Assembly: GCA_034440375.1 (NCBI GenBank)
Contig: JAWXBZ010000067.1
Coordinates: 1 to 51,848 of the forward strand
Reading direction: 5' to 3'
Source: Candidatus Eiseniibacteriota bacterium
Lineage (GTDB): Bacteria; Eisenbacteria; RBG-16-71-46; JABDJR01; JAWXBZ01
DNA: 51,848 bases
A program made the position numbers and the translations under genes. This document shows, one piece after another, positions 19,266 through 28,229 of the stretch. Position 1 is the stretch's first letter. Each line of letters starts with the position of its first letter. The notes under the pieces were generated by a model, which was not told where the DNA came from, searched no databases, and saw only the letters and a list, made by a program, of their open reading frames with translations.

Positions 19266-21326
19266 TTAGTCGTCGATCAAGCGACCGATGACGGCGATTT
19301 CCGCAATCGCTCCACCCGGGTGCCGGCCGGCTCGGCCAGGACCCCGGCGAAACTGGATGTCGAGGGCATCGATTTGAAGCGCCTCAACGACCACGTGCGT
19401 ACCGGCCGGGGCTAGCGCCCGGGTGACCGTGTCATGGTGGACCGGCCGATCGGCGTGGAGGAACGTGATGTCAGTCAATCGGATACCGGCGTCTTTGTTA
19501 CCGCCCCGATCACTCTCGCTAGAGTAAAGGATGACCTCTCGCACTTCAATGGGAAACGGCCAGGCGAGCCGTACCCGGCCCTTTTCTGGATCCACCAGGC
19601 GGCAGGCCACGTCGTCGATGGGTCCTTTCGCCCGGCGATCGACCAGTGGCCGGGTGCCGAAGCGCGGGTTCATTACTCCCAGGGTTGTGAGGACGGCGGA
19701 GGGTGCCACATTGGTCCAGGTGGCCGACTCGTAGTTCTTCGGCACGGGCATTGCCGAATGGCCGGAGTGGCATCCCACGCATTTCGTACCCGAGCCGAAT
19801 CGGCCGAAATTGAATCCGGGGACATGGGCCGGTCCGCTCGATCCGCGAAGGACGCGCCCGTCGCTATCGATGAGTTGTTCGAACATCGGCGTATCCGCCG
19901 GCATCTCGTGCTCGTGAACCGAACCGGTGGCGGTGAGAGGCGCTTCGCGTACCAGGACGATCGAATCGCCCGGGGCACCTGGACGGTCGAGAACGGCGAA
20001 AAACCGGATGCGAACCCCCCGGGCCAGCTTCGGAGCATCCGGGAACGGCGAGTCGACCTCCCCGTTGGCGAAGACGTTGAGGCAGTCGAACCGAAAGGTC
20101 CAATCGAGATCGTCGAGCGAGGCGCGATCGCTGACGGGTGCGTCGCGCGGTGGCGGCGGCAGATAGACGTCCAGTGCCGGCGAAACCGGCCGCGCAAGAA
20201 AAAGTGCCGGGTCGAGGTCGTCCATTCCCTCGGTGTCGGCGATCATCACAGGCTTCTCACCGGGGCGCCGAACGAGGTAAAGGGCCAGATCGCCGCCGGG
20301 ACCGGGGGCTGAAAAGACGAGCCGATCGTCCGGGAGCGCGCAGGGTGAGATGCCCCTCTCGGCCACCAGAATGGAGCGCGCGAATCCGCCCGGGTAGGCC
20401 ACCAGACGATGCGGACCGGGTCCCCGCGTCTCGCCGGTGGCGTGGGGCATGGAAGCGAGCAACGATCCGCGGTCCGCCTGGACTCCCACCAGGGTGCCAT
20501 CCGACAGCAGGCTCGGCTGGTACGCCATCGTCTCGGTTCGAATGCGCGGCCAGCCCCCCGCCAGCCTCATCCCGTCCCCGTCGGACCGGATGGAGATGGC
20601 GTGCCAGAGGTCCACCGGATCGGCCGGCATTGCGCGGGTCTCGTCCGTTGTCAGCGTATCGGCCGGGACGACCGAGGGGTGGTAGCGATTGAACCACCAG
20701 CGCGCGTAGACCAGTCGTCCATCGCGCGGATCGACCGTCGGCTCCTCGGCCCCGTTCCGGTCCGTCGTCAGGCGGCGGATATCACTCCCGTCGGGCCACA
20801 CCGAATGCAGGTTGGTGGCTCTCACACCCCCCTGCTCGGCGGTCTGCCGAAACCGGGTGCTGGCAAAGGCGATCCGCCCCTCGGGAAGCCAGACCGGATC
20901 GATATCCTCCCGGTCGTCGTCGCCCGGAAGAAGTGGTCGGACCCCATGGCCGGCGGCATCGCAGGTGAAGAGTCGCCAGGGCTTTCCCGGCCCGGCCGTG
21001 CCGGAGAAAACGATGGTGCGGGCATCCCATGAGACTGCGGGATCCGACACATCGAAGAGTGGCGGCTCGCCCGGTCGGGGATCGAGGAAGGGTCGGACTC
21101 GTCCGTTCGCTTCGCGGACCATCAGACGACCGCCATGAGCGAGGAATCGTCCCGACGGCCCGAGGCCGGGCACCCGGCCTGCCGGGTCGGGGGTTCGCGC
21201 CACGAAGAGCAAACGGGGCAGCTGCCGCCGGAGTGGGGCCGGGCGCGCCGCTGTCATGCCGATCAGGGCGAAGATCGACACGATGAAGGCGAAGCGGGCG
21301 ATTGAGCGCGGAGTCATGGTCATCAT
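19266..21326 (-). CDS. Hydrazine synthase alpha-like protein (PD40/TolB propeller + middle domain + one CxxCH)
   Basis: ATG 21326 overlaps the amidase stop (ATGA). Signal peptide; DVSDPAVSWDARTIVFS, DIDPVWLPEGRIAFASTR, DGSDIRRLT, DGRLVYARW, PADTPMFEQLIDSDG and CVGCH. Confidence 0.65.
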   Translation of the reverse strand: MMTMTPRSIARFAFIVSIFALIGMTAARPAPLRRQLPRLLFVARTPDPAGRVPGLGPSGRFLAHGGRLMVREANGRVRPFLDPRPGEPPLFDVSDPAVSWDARTIVFSGTAGPGKPWRLFTCDAAGHGVRPLLPGDDDREDIDPVWLPEGRIAFASTRFRQTAEQGGVRATNLHSVWPDGSDIRRLTTDRNGAEEPTVDPRDGRLVYARWWFNRYHPSVVPADTLTTDETRAMPADPVDLWHAISIRSDGDGMRLAGGWPRIRTETMAYQPSLLSDGTLVGVQADRGSLLASMPHATGETRGPGPHRLVAYPGGFARSILVAERGISPCALPDDRLVFSAPGPGGDLALYLVRRPGEKPVMIADTEGMDDLDPALFLARPVSPALDVYLPPPPRDAPVSDRASLDDLDWTFRFDCLNVFANGEVDSPFPDAPKLARGVRIRFFAVLDRPGAPGDSIVLVREAPLTATGSVHEHEMPADTPMFEQLIDSDGRVLRGSSGPAHVPGFNFGRFGSGTKCVGCHSGHSAMPVPKNYESATWTNVAPSAVLTTLGVMNPRFGTRPLVDRRAKGPIDDVACRLVDPEKGRVRLAWPFPIEVREVILYSSESDRGGNKDAGIRLTDITFLHADRPVHHDTVTRALAPAGTHVVVEALQIDALDIQFRRGPGRAGRHPGGAIAEIAVIGRLIDD

Positions 21327-22711
21327 GGGAGACGGCGAACCGCCACGATTGTACCGCCATGTCGGACAAGGAGCCAAACGGGGAACGTGATACCGGCGCA
21401 GCAACTGACCGAAGCCTCGCTTGGGCCATCGAATGGAGCCAGTTCGGCGACACGCCGGCCGAGGGGGTCAAACAGCGACAGCGCGTGGGGACCGGGAAGG
21501 CTGGATTGAATTGACAGGCGAAGGCCCCCCCCGGCATCCCGGCGCGTAGCCCGGACCAGGACGGGGGGCTTGATGCCAGGGAGGTTCAGATCCGGGAGGC
21601 CCGTCGTGCCAAAGGCCAGGTCCACCAATCCCAGGTGCAGCGCCACCGCCTCAGCCTTGGCATGCCGCTCGAGCGGATCCGATCCGAATAAACCCTCCTC
21701 CAGGAGGTCGTTCAGGTTGCTGGCCTCCGTGAGCACGGCCGGCATCGTGGTATTTCGGAGAACATAGAAGTGAAAGCGCCCGGTACCAGCCGAGTCTTCG
21801 AAGGCGCCGCGACCGGTATAGCCAAACGCATCCACGATGCGGTCGTGCAATTTCAGCGCCATTTCCTGGCAGGCGTCTCCTGGTGGGAGGGGGGCGCCGG
21901 GCATGAGTTCATCACCACAGCTCGAGTTCTGACGGCAGTAATAGGTTTCCGTCCGGTTCGAGGCACCGGTCGGAAGGCCGTTGTGGTGAATCGACAGATA
22001 AAAGTCGGCGCCTCCCTGGGATGCCAGCGCCACCCGGTCCGCCAGCGAAACTTGTTGAGTGGACGAGGTGCGCAGCAGAAAGGATCCGGCGAACCTGGGG
22101 TCATCGACGAGGTCACCGATCAGAAACTGGGCCACGCGCAAATTGACCCACTGCTCGGTGAGCCCGTTCGGCCCGCGGGAGCCAGCCCCATCACCGTTGT
22201 TACCGTTCCAAACACCCGCGCCAAGCCCCCCATGCCCCGGATCCACCGCAACTCTCATTGGCGCGGCGTTTGATGGGCCTGGATGAGATCGACGCTCTTC
22301 GACATCGGCTGTCCGGGCCTGACCCGCCAGATAAGCCAAGCGCCACGCCCCCAGCGCCGAATCCCCGGACCCGGCAACTCTGATCACCGCCCCGTTCACC
22401 ACCACCACCCACCCCGCCTCAATCAACGCGTGCCCGTCATCGACCAGTCGCACGGCGTGTAGCGTATCCCCATCCGCATTCCAGTTGATCGGATGGATCA
22501 ACGGCCCGAGATCGAACGCACGTGTGCCGTCGGCCGAAACGATCCATCCGCGCCAGGCGTCCTCCCGGAAACGGCGCTCGGCAATCCAGGCGTCGTTCGG
22601 CGCGCGCACTGTCTTGAGAGTGACGGGCCCGTTGGGCGGCGCCGCGGCGATCGGGGAGGCCGTAAGGAGCAGGAAAACCCCCAACCAGCGATACAATGGT
22701 GTCGTCATCAT
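21323..22711 (-). CDS. N-acetylmuramoyl-L-alanine amidase (Amidase_3), secreted
   Basis: VAVDPGHGG, LTEQWVNL, SLADRV, LSIHHN and FYVLRNTTMPAVLTE (Zn ligands and catalytic Glu). Signal peptide; degenerate C-terminal domain (LFDPLGRRVAEL). Confidence 0.85.
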   Translation of the reverse strand: MMTTPLYRWLGVFLLLTASPIAAAPPNGPVTLKTVRAPNDAWIAERRFREDAWRGWIVSADGTRAFDLGPLIHPINWNADGDTLHAVRLVDDGHALIEAGWVVVVNGAVIRVAGSGDSALGAWRLAYLAGQARTADVEERRSHPGPSNAAPMRVAVDPGHGGLGAGVWNGNNGDGAGSRGPNGLTEQWVNLRVAQFLIGDLVDDPRFAGSFLLRTSSTQQVSLADRVALASQGGADFYLSIHHNGLPTGASNRTETYYCRQNSSCGDELMPGAPLPPGDACQEMALKLHDRIVDAFGYTGRGAFEDSAGTGRFHFYVLRNTTMPAVLTEASNLNDLLEEGLFGSDPLERHAKAEAVALHLGLVDLAFGTTGLPDLNLPGIKPPVLVRATRRDAGGGLRLSIQSSLPGPHALSLFDPLGRRVAELAPFDGPSEASVSCCAGITFPVWLLVRHGGTIVAVRRLP

Positions 22712-22788
22712 GAAACAGTTCCCGACGGGTGAAAGCGGGTGTGGGCCTGGTTAAAGCTAGTCGAGAGGCGGGTCGAGTCGTCAAGCCC

Positions 22789-24117
22789 TCAGACGGGAAA
22801 TGAGATGACGAACTCGCTTCCCTTTTCCGGCAGGCTCGAACGGAGCTCGATGCGGCCTCCGTGGTAATCCTCGACGATTCGGCGGACGAGCGTGAGGCCG
22901 AGACCCCAGCCACGCTTCTTGGTCGTGAATCCGGGCTCGAAAACGCGGCGCTGATCGGCCGGGGGAATCCCCTTGCCATTGTCCCTGACCGAAATTTCAA
23001 CGGTTTCCGATTCGGGGCGACGCCGTACGCTGACCTCGATCCGGCCGGTCCGGGCATCCGTGGCGTCAATGGCGTTCTTGACCAGGTTTTCCACCACCCA
23101 GCCCATCAGCTCGGCGTTGACGTTGATGAACGGCACGTCCGGATCGAACGACTCGACCAGCGCCAGGCCGAGTCCCGCTTGAGGCAACCGGCGGCGGTAG
23201 TAACCCACCGTGCTGGCGACGATCGGCACGATGTCCTGGGGAGTCAAGACCGGAAGTGAACCGATATGCCCGAAACGGTTGGCCACCTTCCGAAGGCGCT
23301 CCAGATCGGACGCGATCTCCCGTTCGACGTCCTGAAACAGCGCCGTTGGGATTTCCGTAACGCCGTCGGGGCGGGCCCTGGCCTGGTCACCGGCCAGTTC
23401 CAGCCAGCCCATCAGCGAGGAGATGGGCGTTCCGAGCTGGTGGGCCGTTTCCTTGGCCATGCCGGCCCAGATTCGATTCTGCTCGCTGCGGCGCAGGCTT
23501 CGAAACCAGACGATGCCCACGGTGGCGAAGAGCGCCGCTGCGCCGAACAGCAGCCAGGGCACCCAGCGAATTTCACCCACGATGCCGGTGTGTCCGTAGT
23601 GGAGGTAGCCCAGGATTCGCCCGTCCCTCGGACTGATCAACGGTTCGGGGCGGAGTTGCCGGTCGAACTCCGTTACGCGCTGGAGCAGGTTCTTGAGCGC
23701 CGGCCCGGGATTCCTGGGATCGGCGTCGGACAACTCTTTCTCGGGAATGACGATGGCGTCGAGGGCCGGGCTGCCGCGCCAGACACGGGGACGACCGTTT
23801 TCATCGGTGATCACGATCGGGAAGGAGATCGGTCCGATCAGATCACGGTACAGGCTGATCAGCGCACTGTCCGGATACTCATGAACCTGCGCGCTGGAGA
23901 GCGCGATGACGCGGGCCATCACGGCCGAAAGGGCGCGGGTCTGCGCGTTCAGCCGGTTGACGACCCGATTGGTATAGAAGAGGGCAAACGAGGCCAGCAC
24001 CAGGCTGCCGACCACGAGATAACCACGCAGGAGCGTCGCCGTCGGTAACGGGCGCTTCCAGCCCGATCGGAACGACCGCCGGACCGGTGTTCGCTCCTCC
24101 ACGCGTGGCGCCGCCAT
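22789..24117 (-). CDS. Membrane sensor histidine kinase
   Basis: Two TM segments; H-box WAGMAKETAHQLGTPISSLMGW; ENLVKNAIDA, DNGKGI, FEPGFTTKKRGWGLGL. Confidence 0.93.
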   Translation of the reverse strand: MAAPRVEERTPVRRSFRSGWKRPLPTATLLRGYLVVGSLVLASFALFYTNRVVNRLNAQTRALSAVMARVIALSSAQVHEYPDSALISLYRDLIGPISFPIVITDENGRPRVWRGSPALDAIVIPEKELSDADPRNPGPALKNLLQRVTEFDRQLRPEPLISPRDGRILGYLHYGHTGIVGEIRWVPWLLFGAAALFATVGIVWFRSLRRSEQNRIWAGMAKETAHQLGTPISSLMGWLELAGDQARARPDGVTEIPTALFQDVEREIASDLERLRKVANRFGHIGSLPVLTPQDIVPIVASTVGYYRRRLPQAGLGLALVESFDPDVPFINVNAELMGWVVENLVKNAIDATDARTGRIEVSVRRRPESETVEISVRDNGKGIPPADQRRVFEPGFTTKKRGWGLGLTLVRRIVEDYHGGRIELRSSLPEKGSEFVISFPV

Positions 24118-24126
24118 GTGGGGCGA

Positions 24127-25398
24127 TCAGCCTCCCAGTTCCCGGAGCCCGCCGAGGTACGGTACGAGGACTTCCGGCACGCGCACGCGGCCGTCCGCGG
24201 TTTGATAGTTCTCGATGATGGCGATCAGGATCCGCGGCAACGCCAGGCCCGACGCGTTGAGCGTATGAACGAATTCCGGTTTGGCACCCGGCTCGGGCCG
24301 GTAGCGCATCTTCAGACGCCGCGCCTGGAAGGCCTCGAAATTGCTGCATGACGACACCTCGAGCCAGCGATCGGCCCCCGACGCATACACCTCGAGGTCG
24401 TAGCACTTGGCGGCAGCGAACGACGTATCGCCGCTGGCGAGAAGGAGCACCCGGTACGGCAGGTCAAGCCGCTGGAGAATGTCCTCGGCGTCGGCCAGGA
24501 GCTTTTCGTGTTCGTCATACGAAGCTTCGGGCGTCGTAATGCGGACCATCTCCACCTTCATGAACTGGTGAACCCGGGTCAGTCCTTTCGTGTCACGGCC
24601 GTACGAGCCGGCCTCGCGCCGAAAGCAGGGGCTGAAGCCGACATGCCGAATCGGAAGAAGAGCGGCGTCGAGTATCTCCTCGCGGTAAAGATTGGTGATC
24701 GACACCTCGGCGGTCGGGATCAGAAAGAGATCGTCGGTCGTCCGATACATGTCATCTTCCAACTTCGGGAGTTGCCCGGTACCGAAGAGCGATTCGCGCC
24801 GCACCAGAAAGGGGGCGGCCACCTCGGTATGGCCATGCTCCAGCGTGTGGACATCCAGGAAAAAATTGATCAAGGCGCGCTCCAGCTTTGCCCCCAGTCC
24901 CTTGAGGACGGGAAATCCGGGGCCACTCATGCGCGTCCCCCTTGGCATGTCGATCCAGTCGAGGCGCGCCCCAAGCTCTTCATGGGGAACGATCGGAAAG
25001 TCGAAACGGCGCGGCTCCTTCCAGGTCTTCACGATCGTGTTGTGGGCGGCGTCACCGACCGGAACCGAAGCGTGGGCCAGGTTCGGCAACCAGTGAAGTG
25101 CGGTCTCCGCCGCGGCAAGGGCCGGCCCCAGGGCCTCCTCCGCCAACTTGAGTCGATCACCCAGCGCCTTCACTTCGGCCTGCAGCGTCGCGGCATCCTC
25201 CCCGGCCTTTCGCCGCCGGCCAACCTCGAGAGATTCCTTCGTCCGCTCGGCGCGAAGGGTCTCGACTTCGGAAAGCAGGCGCCGGTAGGCCACGTCCGCT
25301 TCGAGGAATTGATCGAGATGGAACGGGTCGCCGTTGCGGGCCAGGATGGCCTCGCGCAATCCGGGCGGGTTCGTTCGAAGATATCGAGCGTCGAGCAC
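24127..25398 (-). CDS. serS: Serine--tRNA ligase
   Basis: GTG 25398 (MLDARYLR) with GGAG RBS; GTGQLPK, LIPTAEV, CFRREAGSYG..RVHQFMKVEM, EVSSCSN, HTLNASGLA. Confidence 0.97.
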   Translation of the reverse strand: MLDARYLRTNPPGLREAILARNGDPFHLDQFLEADVAYRRLLSEVETLRAERTKESLEVGRRRKAGEDAATLQAEVKALGDRLKLAEEALGPALAAAETALHWLPNLAHASVPVGDAAHNTIVKTWKEPRRFDFPIVPHEELGARLDWIDMPRGTRMSGPGFPVLKGLGAKLERALINFFLDVHTLEHGHTEVAAPFLVRRESLFGTGQLPKLEDDMYRTTDDLFLIPTAEVSITNLYREEILDAALLPIRHVGFSPCFRREAGSYGRDTKGLTRVHQFMKVEMVRITTPEASYDEHEKLLADAEDILQRLDLPYRVLLLASGDTSFAAAKCYDLEVYASGADRWLEVSSCSNFEAFQARRLKMRYRPEPGAKPEFVHTLNASGLALPRILIAIIENYQTADGRVRVPEVLVPYLGGLRELGG

Positions 25399-25467
25399 GC
25401 GTCCACTCCAAATGGCAGTCCGGGTCAATCCGTCCAGGGGCGATTCGAATGCGGGAAGTTTAGCAGG

Positions 25468-26460
25468 TCATCGCAGGATTCGCAGAAGGGAGGGAGCCGC
25501 ATAGGTGATCACCAGATCGGCACCGGCGCGGACCAGGCAGGTGGTGGCCTCCACGAACAGCCTCTCTTCGGCCGCGGCATCGCCGGCGGCCAGTGACTTC
25601 AACATCACGTACTCGCCGCTGACGTTGTATGCGGCGATCGGCACATGGAACGAGTCCTTCGCGCGTCGGATGATGTCGAGGTAGGGCAGACCGGGCTTCA
25701 CCATGACGATGTCGGCCCCTTCGTCGATGTCGAGCGCGATTTCGCGGAGCGCCTCATCGGAATTGGCCGGATCCATCTGATAGGGGCGGCGATCACCGAA
25801 GCTCGGCGTGGAATCGGCCGCGAGGCGGAACGGACCGTAGAACGCCGAGGCGTACTTGGCCGAATAGGCCATGATCGGACTGTCGGCATGCCCGGCAACA
25901 TCCAGGGCCTCGCGCAAAGCGCCGATCCGCCCGTCCATCATGTCGCTCGGCGCCACCATGTCGGCCCCGGCCGCCACGTGGGAAACGGCCGTGCGCGCCA
26001 GCAGTTCCAGTGTCGGATCGTTATCGACGGTGCGCTCCCCTCCCCGGTTCGCCGGCGTCAGCACCCCGCAATGTCCATGGTCGGTGTATTCGCACAGGCA
26101 GACATCGGTGATGACTTCGAGGTCGAGGTTTGCCGACCGGATCGCCCGGCAGGCGCGCTGGACAATACCATCCTCGGTCCAGGCTCCTGACCCCGTGGCA
26201 TCCTTCACCTCGGGAAGGCCGAACAGAAGGATCGAGCGAAGCCCAAGTTCCTCCACCGCGCAGCGGCAATCGTCGACCAGCCGGTCGACGGAGTGGTGAT
26301 GCACGCCGGGAAACCCCGCGATCTCCGTCTTCACGCCCGTTCCGGGCACGGCAAAGACCGGCCAGATGAGCTGGTCCCTGTGCGGACGCGTTTCGGTCAC
26401 CATGGCGCGCCGCCGCGCCGAACCGCGCAGACGGCGGGGTCGTTCCTCGGGGAAAGGCAT
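25468..26460 (-). CDS. hemB: Porphobilinogen synthase
   Basis: RPRRLR, DVCLCEYTDHGHCG, APSDMMDGR, YSAKYASAFYGPFR, YQMDPAN, MVKPG, YNVSGEY. Confidence 0.97.
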   Translation of the reverse strand: MPFPEERPRRLRGSARRRAMVTETRPHRDQLIWPVFAVPGTGVKTEIAGFPGVHHHSVDRLVDDCRCAVEELGLRSILLFGLPEVKDATGSGAWTEDGIVQRACRAIRSANLDLEVITDVCLCEYTDHGHCGVLTPANRGGERTVDNDPTLELLARTAVSHVAAGADMVAPSDMMDGRIGALREALDVAGHADSPIMAYSAKYASAFYGPFRLAADSTPSFGDRRPYQMDPANSDEALREIALDIDEGADIVMVKPGLPYLDIIRRAKDSFHVPIAAYNVSGEYVMLKSLAAGDAAAEERLFVEATTCLVRAGADLVITYAAPSLLRILR

Positions 26461-26463
26461 CGG

Positions 26464-27273
26464 TTACCTCGTCGTCTCGTGGTCGATCACAGCTTCAATC
26501 AGTCGTTCCAGCGAACCCCCGCGGCCGGTCGCGACGACGGCGAACCCCAGATCCCGGGCCACGTCGGCCGTGACGGGTCCGATCGCGGCCACCCTGACCC
26601 GACTCCGCTCCCCTACCGGCATCACCCCGGCCAATGCCACGAGAGGCGCGCCGCTCGTCACGATCAGCAGATCGATGGCCGGAACTTCGGAACGAAGCCG
26701 GGCCGCCAGTCGTTCGGCGGCACCCTGAATCATAACCGTTCGATAGACCGGCGCCACGAGGACATGGGCTCCGGTAGCGGCCAGCGCCTCGATCAGTTCG
26801 GGTCGGCCAACCAGCGCCCGAATGAGCAGAACGGTTTGTCCGGCAAGCCCACCGGGCCCGGCATTCAGGAGCTGAGCCGCCAGACCCTCCGAACGCGGGT
26901 CCTCGGCCACCAGTTCAGGAGTCCGCCCGAGCTCAACGAGCGCGCGCGCGGTCGCGGGGCCGATCGCGGCCACCCTGGTCGGGGGGGACCAGCGGGCGGT
27001 CAAATCGACAGTCAACAAAGACGCCTGCTCCGCAAGTCGCCGAACCCCCAGGGCGCTGGTCAGGACGATCCAGTCGACAACCTGGTTGCCATCGAGCCAG
27101 GCGTTGACGGCACTGAGTTCGTCCGGAGCAAGCACCTCGGTCCGGGTCAGCGCCTCGACCAGGACCTGGGCACCGTTTCGCTCGAGACCTTCGGCCAGTT
27201 GGCGGCTGCCCCCCTCCGGAACCAGGACCAGCAAGCGGCGTCCGGCGAGTGCCCGCCCCGCTTCACCGGTCAT
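26464..27273 (-). CDS. hemD: Uroporphyrinogen-III synthase
   Basis: DWIVLTSALGV, AAIGPATARAL, VYRT, AAIGPVTA; lies between hemC and hemB. Confidence 0.88.
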   Translation of the reverse strand: MTGEAGRALAGRRLLVLVPEGGSRQLAEGLERNGAQVLVEALTRTEVLAPDELSAVNAWLDGNQVVDWIVLTSALGVRRLAEQASLLTVDLTARWSPPTRVAAIGPATARALVELGRTPELVAEDPRSEGLAAQLLNAGPGGLAGQTVLLIRALVGRPELIEALAATGAHVLVAPVYRTVMIQGAAERLAARLRSEVPAIDLLIVTSGAPLVALAGVMPVGERSRVRVAAIGPVTADVARDLGFAVVATGRGGSLERLIEAVIDHETTR

Positions 27274-28229
27274 TCCGGTTCGATGACCGCCGAGATTTCG
27301 AGGATCGATCCGGCCCCCTTCGCGAACAGGGCGTGGGCCATGCGGACCCCGAGGCTCGTCGGATCGTCAATCGGGCCGTCCAGCGACTCGCGATGGGCAC
27401 TGCGGCCGTCGAGGGAAATGACCAGTCCCAGGAGATGAAGTCGCGGCGGCGTCCCGTCCGTCACGTGTGCCAGCGCCGCGATCGGCGCGAGGCATCCCCC
27501 GCCGAGAGCCGCCAGCAGGGCCCGTTCCGCCAGGGCCGCCGCCCGGCTTGGCGAATCATCGAGCGCGGCCACCCATTGTTGCGCGACATGGTCCGCCGCG
27601 CGGCACTGGATCCCGAGGCACCCCTGACCCGGGGCGGGCACCATCTTCAAGGTGTCAAGAAACTCGAGGCGCCCGGCCGCTTCGAGCGAGGCCAGCAGCC
27701 CGAGTCGCTCGAGCCCGGCCGCCGCCAGGACGATGCCGTCCAGATCTCCTTCGTCGAGCCGCCTGAGGCGTGTGTCCACATTGCCGCGCAGGTTTGACAC
27801 GTGCGCCCCGGGCCATCGAGCTCGCAGCTGGGCGGCGCGGCGGGGACTTCCAGTACCGAGCCGGGGGTCCGGCCCCGGATTCGAGGGGGGCGGTTCCCGC
27901 CAGATCACCACATCGAACGGGTTCGCCCGTGCGGGCACCGCCGCGATCAGGAGTCCGGGTGTGAGCGCGGTGGGCAAATCTTTCAGGCTGTGCACGGCCA
28001 GGTCGATTCGATCATCGAGAAGCGCCCGCTCGATCTCGGTGACGAACATGCCGACCGTCCCGACGGAATCAAAGGCCACGGAGGGCATCAGATCGCCGGT
28101 CGTCACGATTGGCACGATCTCGATCGTTGCCTCCGGACGAAGCTCCTGCAATTCGGCCAGGATGCCCCGGCTCTGAGCCATGGCCAGGGTGCTCTGTCGG
28201 GAGCCGAGGCGCAGGATGGGCCGCGTCAT
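27270..28229 (-). CDS. hemC: Hydroxymethylbilane synthase (porphobilinogen deaminase)
   Basis: LGSRQSTLAMAQ, TTGD, DLAVHSLKDLP, GTGSPRRAAQL, LRGNVDTRL, LAAAGLERLG, PAPGQG, GGGCLAPI. Confidence 0.96.
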   Translation of the reverse strand: MTRPILRLGSRQSTLAMAQSRGILAELQELRPEATIEIVPIVTTGDLMPSVAFDSVGTVGMFVTEIERALLDDRIDLAVHSLKDLPTALTPGLLIAAVPARANPFDVVIWREPPPSNPGPDPRLGTGSPRRAAQLRARWPGAHVSNLRGNVDTRLRRLDEGDLDGIVLAAAGLERLGLLASLEAAGRLEFLDTLKMVPAPGQGCLGIQCRAADHVAQQWVAALDDSPSRAAALAERALLAALGGGCLAPIAALAHVTDGTPPRLHLLGLVISLDGRSAHRESLDGPIDDPTSLGVRMAHALFAKGAGSILEISAVIEPE

